Below the pieces are notes generated by a model. That model searched no databases, was not told the DNA's origin, and was given only the letters and a program-made list of their open reading frames with translations. From Candidatus Electrothrix sp. GW3-4 (GTDB lineage: Bacteria > Desulfobacterota > Desulfobulbia > Desulfobulbales > Desulfobulbaceae): a stretch of DNA of 32,000 nucleotides. A program made the translations under genes and the position numbers. The stretch lies in NCBI RefSeq assembly GCF_037902255.1, contig NZ_CP147990.1:2010001-2042000 (forward strand). Reading direction: 5' to 3'. Below, piece after piece: positions 10,556 to 18,553 of this stretch (within the stretch, counting starts at the first letter, position 1; each line of letters opens with the position of its first letter).

Positions 10556-11908
10556 TCAGGGGGGAAACCGTACTGTCCGATTCCGTCCTGTCCTCTTTGC
10601 CTCATACAAAGCCTGGTCCGCCAGTCTGATCAGATCATCGCAACAGATCGGAAGCTCTGTCTGATCTACTGCTGCTACACCAACAGAGAGGGTGACGATA
10701 TCGGCGCAATAAGAGGCCCTATGCGGCATAGCCAGCTGTTCAACCGTCTGACGAGCCTTTTCTGCCACTTTAATGGCTTGCTCTATCTCGGTGCCCGGCA
10801 AAAGGATGGCAAACTCTTCACCGCCATAACGGGCGGTAAAATCGTTATACCTGACTGCTGTCTTTTGCAGAGCCCGGGCAATCTTCCGCAGACAGGTATC
10901 ACCTGCCAAGTGCCCATAGGTGTCATTGTACTTTTTAAAAAAATCAATATCCGCCATTAACAGGGAAAATACCACCTGCTCCCTGCGCCAACGCTCCCAC
11001 TCTTCCCTGAGCTGTTGATCAAAGGCCCGGCGATTGTGAACTTGGGTCAGGCCATCATACATGGCCTGATGGGCAAATATATTATTCAGTCGTTCCAGTT
11101 CACTTGTCTGTTCTCGCAGGGCATGTTCACTCTGCAGCCGCTTGGTCAATTGCTGCATGACAATATGACCGACAAGCAGGATGCCAAAGAGTCCGATCAG
11201 CCACAGGATGGCGTAAGAATACATGAGCACCCGGACCGTATGGTCCTGCAGTCTGATATACGGTTCCAGAGAGATAGAAACACCGACCCCGCCCCGAACA
11301 TCCCCAGCAACATAGCCCTGACGACCATGACACTTCAGGCAGGGTTCTGTCGTGTAGAAGGCCTGCATATAGCGAAGATAGGGTTTGCCGTCAATATAGG
11401 AGATTTCGGAAACGTGCTCCACACCCTGCTCAAACTGCCGCAACGCCTTAACCTCCCAGGTATCAGGTTTATTAAGAGGATTCAAGGCCTTGAGGCTAGT
11501 AATCCGCCCTTTCACACCGTATAACTGGGAAAACACCTGCATGGTCTGGCGCAGCATATAGGCCGGATTCATCAGGGTAAGCTTTCTCCCGGAAGGCGTT
11601 TCAATGTCCCTCTCAGGGACTTGCTCCAGATAGGGGTTGGGTGGGGTTTCCTCGGAAATCAGCACATACACCCCCCCTCTTCTGGCGACCCAGTTGCGGA
11701 GAGCGATATCCTTGTTAAAGTTGGCCCGGGCCTCCATTCTCGCATAATTGAGGGTCTGATGCTTCTCTTTTGCAATAGCCCAGAGCAACAGACCGATCAA
11801 GACGGCACTCCAGAACAGCAGGACCACTGCCAGAGTACTTATGATAATTTTTAGTTGTCCTGTCGAATGGTTGGAATGTGTGTCCACAGCCCCCTTCTCC
11901 CTCTGCAT
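10556..11908 (-). CDS. Diguanylate cyclase with N-terminal membrane anchor, DUF3365-type (c-type heme) sensor domain and GGDEF domain
   Basis: There is a TM helix near residues 21-45. The periplasmic domain carries CLKCH (CXXCH, nt 11327-11341), typical of DUF3365/Tll0287-like heme-c sensor domains. A second TM helix follows. The GGDEF domain has the active-site motif RYGGEEFAILL. Confidence 0.9.
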   Translation of the reverse strand: MQREKGAVDTHSNHSTGQLKIIISTLAVVLLFWSAVLIGLLLWAIAKEKHQTLNYARMEARANFNKDIALRNWVARRGGVYVLISEETPPNPYLEQVPERDIETPSGRKLTLMNPAYMLRQTMQVFSQLYGVKGRITSLKALNPLNKPDTWEVKALRQFEQGVEHVSEISYIDGKPYLRYMQAFYTTEPCLKCHGRQGYVAGDVRGGVGVSISLEPYIRLQDHTVRVLMYSYAILWLIGLFGILLVGHIVMQQLTKRLQSEHALREQTSELERLNNIFAHQAMYDGLTQVHNRRAFDQQLREEWERWRREQVVFSLLMADIDFFKKYNDTYGHLAGDTCLRKIARALQKTAVRYNDFTARYGGEEFAILLPGTEIEQAIKVAEKARQTVEQLAMPHRASYCADIVTLSVGVAAVDQTELPICCDDLIRLADQALYEAKRTGRNRTVRFPP

Positions 11909-12006
11909 ATTTTTCAGGAAGCTTTTTCAAGAAGCTCTCTGCCGGTTCTTACATGCAATAAGAGAGAGCAGAGGCAGCTCTTCCTGTCAGCAGAAGACAA
12001 CGACCG

Positions 12007-13248
12007 TCATTTCTTTCCGGTAATGATCGTGATGGGGTTCAACAGAATGCCCGGCTCCCCATAGTTGGTGTAGCGTATTTCCTCACGGGTGACGGCCACA
12101 GTGCGCGAGTCCACTTCCAGGCCATTGGTCGTCATCAGTAAGGGGGCCTGCTCAGCAGTATCTTTCAGCACCGCACTGGCCACCATCCTGCCCTTGCTTG
12201 TCAGACGCTGAGCACAGCAGGGAATGATCTCTGCCAAAAGGCCCTTGCTCCCCCCGATAAAGACCCGGTCCGGGTCTGGCAAATCAGGAAAGACATCAGG
12301 GGCCTGACCGCAAATCAATTTGATATTATAGAGATTATACCTCACGATATTGGCCAGGATATTCTCCTGTCCCTCTTCTTTTTGCTCGATAATGTAGATG
12401 GCCAGATCCGGGCAAAGCCGGGCTGCCTCCACAGAGACAGACCCAGAGCCCCCTCCCACATCCCAGAACACACCGGTTTTGGGCAGGCGCAGACGATGGA
12501 GGACCACGGCCCGGATCTCATCCTTGGTGATCAGGCCCCGTGAGTGCTCAATCTCATCTTCCTGCAACCCAAAGAGAAAAGCGTCCTTGGAATCTTCGCC
12601 CTCCTCTTCCGCTGCTGGCTGCTCTATTAGCATCATATTGAGCGGGGAAAATTTTTGCCGGGCAATATCAGCCAAGGTGCCGCTGCACAGACGCTCGTCC
12701 TTCAGCCCGAGGTTCTCTGCCACCCGTATCCGTATCCCTTTTTTCCGGGCATTATCCTTATGCTCCTCCAAGACCGTGAGCAGCTCCTGGGCAATGCGAT
12801 TCGGGCTGTTGTGATGGTCAGTAAAAAGCATAACCTTGTCTTTACCCAGGATCTTCCCGGAGATATCACCAGGAGAACGTCCGTGCAGGCTGATCAGGGA
12901 CACATCATCCCAGGGAAGTTTAAAACGGGCACAGGCCAGCTGCACAGCGGACAGGGCCGGAGTGATATGGACCCGTTCTGGACCGAAACGTTCCAACAGG
13001 GTGCGACCAATACCAAAGAAGAGGGGATCACCAGAGGCCAGGACAGCAACATCACCCTCGTTCAGGGCCACTGCCAGTTCAAATACCATCTCTTCCACCG
13101 GGGTAATAGGGATCCGATGGATCTCCATCCCCTTGAGTAAGGCCTGATGCCGCGATGAGACCACCACTGCACTGCACGTTGCAATCTTTCGCAGCTGCTC
13201 CTTGGCCAGCTCTTCACCGCTGACACCAAATATGAAAACTTCAGACAT
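12007..13248 (-). CDS. cbiET: Bifunctional precorrin-6Y C5,15-methyltransferase (decarboxylating), CbiE/CbiT fusion
   Basis: The N-terminal half is a tetrapyrrole methylase (VAVLASGDPLFFGIG). The C-terminal half is a class I SAM methyltransferase (FWDVGGGSGSVSVEAA). Length (413 aa) fits CobL/CbiET. Confidence 0.9.
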   Translation of the reverse strand: MSEVFIFGVSGEELAKEQLRKIATCSAVVVSSRHQALLKGMEIHRIPITPVEEMVFELAVALNEGDVAVLASGDPLFFGIGRTLLERFGPERVHITPALSAVQLACARFKLPWDDVSLISLHGRSPGDISGKILGKDKVMLFTDHHNSPNRIAQELLTVLEEHKDNARKKGIRIRVAENLGLKDERLCSGTLADIARQKFSPLNMMLIEQPAAEEEGEDSKDAFLFGLQEDEIEHSRGLITKDEIRAVVLHRLRLPKTGVFWDVGGGSGSVSVEAARLCPDLAIYIIEQKEEGQENILANIVRYNLYNIKLICGQAPDVFPDLPDPDRVFIGGSKGLLAEIIPCCAQRLTSKGRMVASAVLKDTAEQAPLLMTTNGLEVDSRTVAVTREEIRYTNYGEPGILLNPITIITGKK

Positions 13249-13412
13249 CCTGTCTCACTCCATCCTCCGAGATTTGTGCTCTTTGTTCGTGGTCCCTCAA
13301 CGCCAACATATCCTGATATCCTGTTATCCCCTTGGGGAGATATGAAGAGGCAGTATAGAAGAAACACACTCTTTTGTCATTAAGTTCTGGCGGCCTCTGC
13401 AACACAACGGGT

Positions 13413-13430
13413 AAGAAGAGATCTCTTCTT
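13413..13430. promoter_or_regulatory. Perfect 18-bp palindrome in the cbiET upstream region (possible operator or 5'-UTR hairpin)
   Basis: AAGAAGAGATCTCTTCTT equals its own reverse complement (checked by hand). It lies 165-182 nt upstream of the cbiET ATG at 13248. The function is not established. Confidence 0.3.
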
Positions 13431-13640
13431 GCTGAACCTATTGCTTGCGCATTGTGGAAAATGTAGAGTATCTTGAGATCAACGTCGTGAGACAATGCAA
13501 TCACAGGCAAAGTTAACATAAAACACAAGGACGAACAACCTGCATCCTCTACTTAATACGCAGCAATATACGCAGGTCAATACCCTCCCAACCAACAAGC
13601 CACTCCCTGAGAAGGTGGCATGCTCCGAGGAAAGAATAGC

Positions 13641-14033
13641 ATGGAATGCAAAGAAATCAGAGAAAAAGCAGAAGCACTGGGCCTGAACAGCGAGAAGAAA
13701 AGCAAGAGAGATTTGATTCACGCCATCCAGCTGAGTGAGGGCAATGTTCCCTGCTTCAGGACAAAAACAGATTTCTGCGATCAAACCCACTGTTGCTGGC
13801 GTGATGACTGCCTCTCTCCGCACTGGCGGGAAGGGGCACTTCTTGAAGAGGTAAAAACAGAACTGGAAGGCCTTATACAAACCTTTGCCGACCTCAAGGC
13901 CACAACGAATAAGCTGGCAAAAAAAAAGAAAAAAAATACCAGCAAGCAGGCCTGGAAAAAGACCCAAAAAAACATTGAGAGCTCTTGGAAAGAGATCGGC
14001 AAGGCCTTACAAAAGCTGACCGCACGATTCTAA
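13641..14033 (+). CDS. Small SAP/Rho-N-like, Cys-rich, lysine-rich protein (function unknown)
   Basis: The ORF is 13620..14033. I prefer the ATG at 13641 (MECKEIREKAEALGL) because GAGG lies about 10 nt upstream. The N-terminus resembles SAP/Rho_N helix-extended-helix modules (LGLNSEKKSKRDLIHAIQLSEG). It is followed by CFRTKTDFCDQTHCCWRDDC and a basic tail (KKKKKNTSKQAWKKTQK). Confidence 0.6.
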   Translation: MECKEIREKAEALGLNSEKKSKRDLIHAIQLSEGNVPCFRTKTDFCDQTHCCWRDDCLSPHWREGALLEEVKTELEGLIQTFADLKATTNKLAKKKKKNTSKQAWKKTQKNIESSWKEIGKALQKLTARF

Positions 14034-14132
14034 AGGGCCCTGAATCTTGGATAGCGTTTGCGCGAACGAGTTATTTTCACAGCATCAGCCCCCTGCTTCA
14101 ACCCCCTGAAACCACAGAACCGGATTCCTTTC

Positions 14133-15701
14133 ATGAAACCTCTTGCACAGCTTTCCAGGCAACTCCCTGATCCTGCTGCTCTTCAGGAGCTTGCAGATGA
14201 ACTGGAAAAAAAATATACTGTTCAGGACACTCCTGCACAGAGCATGACCCTGCGTTTTTACGATAGCTTTGACTGGCGCCTGTATTGCGCGAATCTTCTC
14301 TGCTTTGAACAGGCTGGCAGGCTCTACCTCACCGATCTGATCGGTCGCGAGCTTGTCCCCTCCTTACCAATCTCAGCGATCTCTGGGAAGGCCGTGGGAT
14401 TTTGCCAGCATCTGCCCCAATCTGCCCTGCGACAAAAAATCACCCCTGTCTTGGAGATGCGAACCCTGCTCCTGCAAAGCCATTTTTCCCAAACAACACG
14501 CCAACTCCGCATCCTCAATAAGGATGAGAAGACCGTGGCAACGCTTATCCTGGCTGAGCAGAGCCCAGAAAGTGGAGCAGCCGAGCAACCAATCTGCTCT
14601 GTCCAGCTGCACGAGGTGCGTGGTTATGGCAAATGGTTGCAACGGCTGGAGCAGGACCTTGAAACATTCGGCAACCCTCAACCCTGCACCCGGGAGCAGG
14701 ACCTGAAAGCTGCGCTGGCCGCCAACAAACGGGCCCCCCAGGATTATAGCTCAAAATTCTCAATCGCTCTGCAGCCGGATATGGAAGCCCTGACAGCGGC
14801 AAAGATGATCTATCAAGACCTGTTGAGCACCATGCGGAAAAATGAGCAGGGTATTCTGAATGATCTGGACAGCGAGTTCCTCCACGATTTTCGGGTGGCG
14901 ATCCGCCGAACCCGCTCTGGCCTGGACATGATCAAGAAGGTGCTGGAACCAGAGATCACAGCCCGTTTTAAAAAGGAATTTCGCTCTCTCGGCATGATCA
15001 CCGGCCCGGTTCGCGACCTTGATGTCTATCTTCTTATGGAGGAGGATTATAAGGCCCGCCTGCCGGACCATCTGCAAACCGGTCTTCATTATTTCTTTGC
15101 CGATCTGGCGGCACAGCGTAAAAAGGAACAGAAAAAACTGGTCCAGGCCCTCCGGTCCTCGCAGTACAAAACCATCATCAAGGACTGGAAAAAACACCTC
15201 CACCACAAGAAGGGGTCAGGGGGGAAGCAGAGCGCCACGCCTATCGGCAAGATGGCCAACACCATCATCTCCAAGCGCTTTGCCCGCGTCCTCCGGGATG
15301 GTCAGGCCATTGATGCGGACTCAGCGGATGAGAGCCTGCACCGCCTCCGCATCCAGGGCAAGAAGCTGCGCTACTGCCTGGAGTTTTTCAGCTCCCTCTA
15401 CCCACCCAAGAAGATAAAGTTCCTGGTCAAGCAACTCAAGATGCTGCAAAATAATCTCGGCCTGTTCAATGACCTTTCAGTACAGCAGGACATGCTCAAT
15501 ACCTATCTTGGCGGGCTTAAACCAGGCTCTGGTAAGGCTAAAAAAATGGGGGCCGCCATCGGTGGTCTGCTGACCAACCTCTATCATGAGCAGCAACAGG
15601 TCCGCAGTGAATTTGAGGAGACTTTTCGTCGTTTTTCCTCTAAGGAGAATATCTCCTTGTACGAGGAACTCTTTGGATCAGAGCAGAAGTCAGGCCAATA
15701 A
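14133..15701 (+). CDS. CYTH-like plus CHAD domain protein
   Basis: The C-terminal CHAD helices carry conserved basic histidine motifs (FLHDFRVAIRRTRSGL, LHRLRIQGKKLRYCLEFF). The N-terminal ~200 aa is CYTH-like (TLRFYDSFDWRLY), but I cannot see the EXEXK motif. The listed ORF starts at a TTG (14058); the first ATG is 14133 (MKPLAQL). Confidence 0.85.
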   Translation: MKPLAQLSRQLPDPAALQELADELEKKYTVQDTPAQSMTLRFYDSFDWRLYCANLLCFEQAGRLYLTDLIGRELVPSLPISAISGKAVGFCQHLPQSALRQKITPVLEMRTLLLQSHFSQTTRQLRILNKDEKTVATLILAEQSPESGAAEQPICSVQLHEVRGYGKWLQRLEQDLETFGNPQPCTREQDLKAALAANKRAPQDYSSKFSIALQPDMEALTAAKMIYQDLLSTMRKNEQGILNDLDSEFLHDFRVAIRRTRSGLDMIKKVLEPEITARFKKEFRSLGMITGPVRDLDVYLLMEEDYKARLPDHLQTGLHYFFADLAAQRKKEQKKLVQALRSSQYKTIIKDWKKHLHHKKGSGGKQSATPIGKMANTIISKRFARVLRDGQAIDADSADESLHRLRIQGKKLRYCLEFFSSLYPPKKIKFLVKQLKMLQNNLGLFNDLSVQQDMLNTYLGGLKPGSGKAKKMGAAIGGLLTNLYHEQQQVRSEFEETFRRFSSKENISLYEELFGSEQKSGQ

Positions 15702-15734
15702 CCCTTTCGTTCCCCCATCGTTTGAGGAATTCCC

Positions 15735-16487
15735 ATGGCAATTATTGCTATTTATAATATCAAAGGCGGGGTCGGCAAGACCGCCACCTCAGTCAACCTC
15801 TCCTATATGTCGGCTGTGACCGGCCATACGACCCTGCTCTGTGATCTTGATCCCCAGGGCTCATCCAGTTATTATTTCCGGGTAAAAGCAAAAAAGAAGT
15901 TCTCGGCTGAACATTTCCTTGAGGGCGGTGCCAGTCTGGAACAGAGTATTCGGGGCACGGATTACCACAGTCTGGATATCCTGCCTGCGGATTTTTCCTA
16001 TCGCAATCTGGATATCAGCCTCAACCATATGAAGAAGTCAAGAAGACGCCTCAAGCGGATTCTTGCTCCCTTAACGGCTGAGTATCAACATATCTTCCTG
16101 GATTGCCCGCCCAACATTACCCTGCTTTCGGAAAATATCTTCTATGCAGCAGATATGATCCTGATCCCCTTCATCCCCACCACCCTGTCCATGCTCTCCT
16201 TTACCAAGCTTCTGGACTTTTTCAAGGAAAGCGGGATTGACCGGAGCAAGCTCTATGTTGTTTTTTCCATGGTTGAGCAAAAGAAGAAGATTCATCGCAA
16301 TATGATGCGCCATTTCCAAGGGAGGAAGCGCATCCTCAAGACCTTTATCCCTTATGTGACGGATATTGAAAAGATGGGGTTATACCGCCAGCCTGTCCCG
16401 GCCTACCTGCCCAACTCCAAGGCCGGACAAACCTATGCCGAGCTTTGGCAGGAGATAGAGAAGAAGTTGCTCAGCCACCTCGATTAA
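15735..16487 (+). CDS. ParA/MinD-family P-loop ATPase (orphan; no ParB seen)
   Basis: The deviant Walker A is IAIYNIKGGVGKTATSVNLS and the Walker B-like motif is IFLDCPP. GAGGAA lies 5 nt upstream of the ATG. The gene starts 33 nt after the CHAD gene stop. Confidence 0.9.
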   Translation: MAIIAIYNIKGGVGKTATSVNLSYMSAVTGHTTLLCDLDPQGSSSYYFRVKAKKKFSAEHFLEGGASLEQSIRGTDYHSLDILPADFSYRNLDISLNHMKKSRRRLKRILAPLTAEYQHIFLDCPPNITLLSENIFYAADMILIPFIPTTLSMLSFTKLLDFFKESGIDRSKLYVVFSMVEQKKKIHRNMMRHFQGRKRILKTFIPYVTDIEKMGLYRQPVPAYLPNSKAGQTYAELWQEIEKKLLSHLD

Positions 16488-16520
16488 GGAACAGCGGCTA
16501 TCTGCCCGTAACCAGGCAAG

Positions 16521-16883
16521 CTACTCGCTGATCCATCCTGTTGCCTCGCCAAGATCTTTATTATGAAATACGCGAACATGGCCTGGGATGACCAGGCCAA
16601 AGATCTTGGTCGCGGCCCGTACCCATTCGATGTCTGAGACGATCGCCATTTTCTCCCAGCCTTTGAGATGCTTGAGGCCTAATTTCATATCATCCCACAT
16701 AGCGGCAGCTTCAAAGCCTGTGAAGTCTTCGCCAAGATGATAGAGAAAACGAATTTTCTCCTGACGAGAAAACAGCTCTTCCACCGCTGGAATAATGATG
16801 GTCTCATAGTCATCCACGGTTACCTGCCCTTTGGCAGTGAAACCAAGGGCGTTATCTGATAAATCAACTATCTTCTCAATCAT
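16521..16883 (-). CDS. STAS/SEC14-like (SpoIIAA-like, DUF3478-type) small protein
   Basis: This 120-aa protein shows the pattern I recall for this family: GFTAKGQVTVDDYETIIIPAVEELFSRQEKIRFLYHLGEDFTGFEAAAMWDDMKLGLKH..WEKMAIVSD. A strong AAGGAGG RBS lies upstream. Confidence 0.7.
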   Translation of the reverse strand: MIEKIVDLSDNALGFTAKGQVTVDDYETIIIPAVEELFSRQEKIRFLYHLGEDFTGFEAAAMWDDMKLGLKHLKGWEKMAIVSDIEWVRAATKIFGLVIPGHVRVFHNKDLGEATGWISE

Positions 16884-17000
16884 TGCAAATCCTCCTTATG
16901 GGTTATGGTTGCGTTGTGTTTAAGTTCAAATTGTCTGATTGGGTTTGCACTCACTCTGACCGACACAACTTCAAGGCATTTGTTTTTCCTCCCGGCGTCC

Positions 17001-18218
17001 TCATTCAAAGCCCACACAATTCTCCTGATAGAGGCGCCCGATCAGCTCCAGGGCCTCGTCGCCAAAGTCTTTATGAATCTCTGCCAGGGTCTTCTCGCCA
17101 TTCACGGCCTCCAGCACCGGTTTTGCGGCAAAGGCAACCGGTACAGACCAGTTATAGCGGGTAACCAGATAGCCGAAGGCTTCTTCTCTGATTCGGAAGC
17201 GGGCAACTGGCTTCCAGCTCGGATCCAAGCGCAGAGTCTCCGGCTCTGCCGTGCAAATAGGTCCTGTCATCAAGAGGTCCTGTTTTTCACCCTGTTCCAG
17301 GGCAGCAGAGCGATCTCCTCCCCGGCAGCGAGCAAGCTCAAGGCATTGCAGACAGGCCGCAGCGATCTGCTGTCGATATTGCTGGGCCTGTTCCGATTGC
17401 CAGATCTCTGTCATGGGCTGTTCAAAGATATTGCCGAACACGGTACTGGTCAGATTATCCGGTCGAACAAGGCCTTGCGGTGAGATCGCACAATGTTCGA
17501 TCCCGGCATTGGAGCCCTCAGTGGTATTCGGGGCAAAACATTTGGGGACACAGTTGCCGATGCGGCAGGATACGCCCTGGCTGTGCAGTTCTTCAATCAA
17601 CAGCACAGCTTTCCGGAGCTGCTCTTGAGAAGGTTGATGGGGATTATCTCCACCCAAAAAACGATTAAACACGGCATATTCAGCACCGAGTCCCTGGGAA
17701 AGATGGATGATATCTTCCACCTGTTCACAGCTGTCTTTCGTCAGGATGGTATTGGTGAAGACCTCTATCCCGGCATCTGCGGCGCGTTGGATATTTGTAC
17801 AGGTCTCTGCAAAGGCATTTTTATCCTTAACAAGGCTATTATGGGCAACAGGCGTGTTCCCGTGCAGGCTGATAAGCAGACCCAGGCAGTTTTCCTGTCC
17901 TTGATAGAGGTTGATGATAGATGCAGGATCAGACCAGCGTCCATTGGTAAACAGGACATGGGCGATGCCCAGGGAATCAAGGTGGCGAACGATCCGAGGA
18001 AATTCAGGATGAAGAGTAGGTTCCCCGCCGGTCAGGCGGATCAGTTCGGCATATTTATGGGGATGAGCAGGCGGGGCAATGCGGTCAAACAGGTTTCGCC
18101 AATCGGTCAGGGTCTGTTGGCGTTGAGTTCCCCAGACATTAGCGCAGCCGGTACATGCGTTATTACAGGCATAGGTGAGTTCAACAGCATAGGAGAGAGG
18201 GGCGGAAGGAAAGAGCAT
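17001..18218 (-). CDS. Radical SAM enzyme with Cys-rich SPASM/twitch-like region and fused C-terminal PqqD-like (RRE-type) domain
   Basis: The CX3CX2C motif is at residues 18-25 (YACNNACTGC, nt 18144-18167). A second half holds 7 cysteines (CRIGNCVPKC ... HC ... CLQCLELARC). The last ~70 aa (FRIREEAFGYLVTRYNWSVPVAFAAKPVLEAVNGEKTLAEIHKDFGDEALELIGRLYQENCVGFE) match the PqqD pattern of strand, LN-like segment, then G-x-T-x-x-EI. Confidence 0.8.
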   Translation of the reverse strand: MLFPSAPLSYAVELTYACNNACTGCANVWGTQRQQTLTDWRNLFDRIAPPAHPHKYAELIRLTGGEPTLHPEFPRIVRHLDSLGIAHVLFTNGRWSDPASIINLYQGQENCLGLLISLHGNTPVAHNSLVKDKNAFAETCTNIQRAADAGIEVFTNTILTKDSCEQVEDIIHLSQGLGAEYAVFNRFLGGDNPHQPSQEQLRKAVLLIEELHSQGVSCRIGNCVPKCFAPNTTEGSNAGIEHCAISPQGLVRPDNLTSTVFGNIFEQPMTEIWQSEQAQQYRQQIAAACLQCLELARCRGGDRSAALEQGEKQDLLMTGPICTAEPETLRLDPSWKPVARFRIREEAFGYLVTRYNWSVPVAFAAKPVLEAVNGEKTLAEIHKDFGDEALELIGRLYQENCVGFE

Positions 18219-18221
18219 GGC

Positions 18222-18377
18222 TTAGTTGCTGCCCAGGGCATAGAGGCCCTTTCTTTTCTTCTGCTCCTTCAGCGCAGGTCGTTCCGTTTTATTCAGGACA
18301 ACACGTACGGAGCAGGAGATGGCCTGGTTGCTGTCGTAATAGCTCTTGAGATATTTTTTGCTCTCTGTTTCTTTCAT
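18222..18377 (-). CDS. Small ORF (51 aa) immediately upstream of the radical SAM gene; candidate precursor peptide
   Basis: The ATG is at 18377, with AGGAAG about 9 nt upstream. The peptide is MKETESKKYLKSYYDSNQAISCSVRVVLNKTERPALKEQKKRKGLYALGSN. The TAA stop (18222-18224) sits 3 nt before the rSAM ATG at 18218. I recognise no homology, so whether it is coding at all is uncertain. Confidence 0.35.
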   Translation of the reverse strand: MKETESKKYLKSYYDSNQAISCSVRVVLNKTERPALKEQKKRKGLYALGSN

Positions 18378-18553
18378 ACTGAGGTCTTCCTGCTCGGTCT
18401 TAATGACTGCCCAAGGCAAAAATGTTTTTTTGTTTATGTCTCCATTCCTTTTTCTGCACCTTTTCGCTCTGATCGGAAAATGATACCTTAACCTGATCGC
18501 GATCCTTACCCGGCAGGGAATAAAACGACAGGCAGAATTGAGGAGGTGCTGTT

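Noticed and set aside
13249-13760. Cobalamin riboswitch upstream of cbiET
   Set aside because: Partial resemblances (GCCACC..GGGAGTGGC..GACCTGCG at 13565-13620 on the minus strand) are out of order or context for the Rfam consensus. The 5' half would have to overlap the well-supported plus-strand SAP-like gene. A cmsearch is needed before any call.
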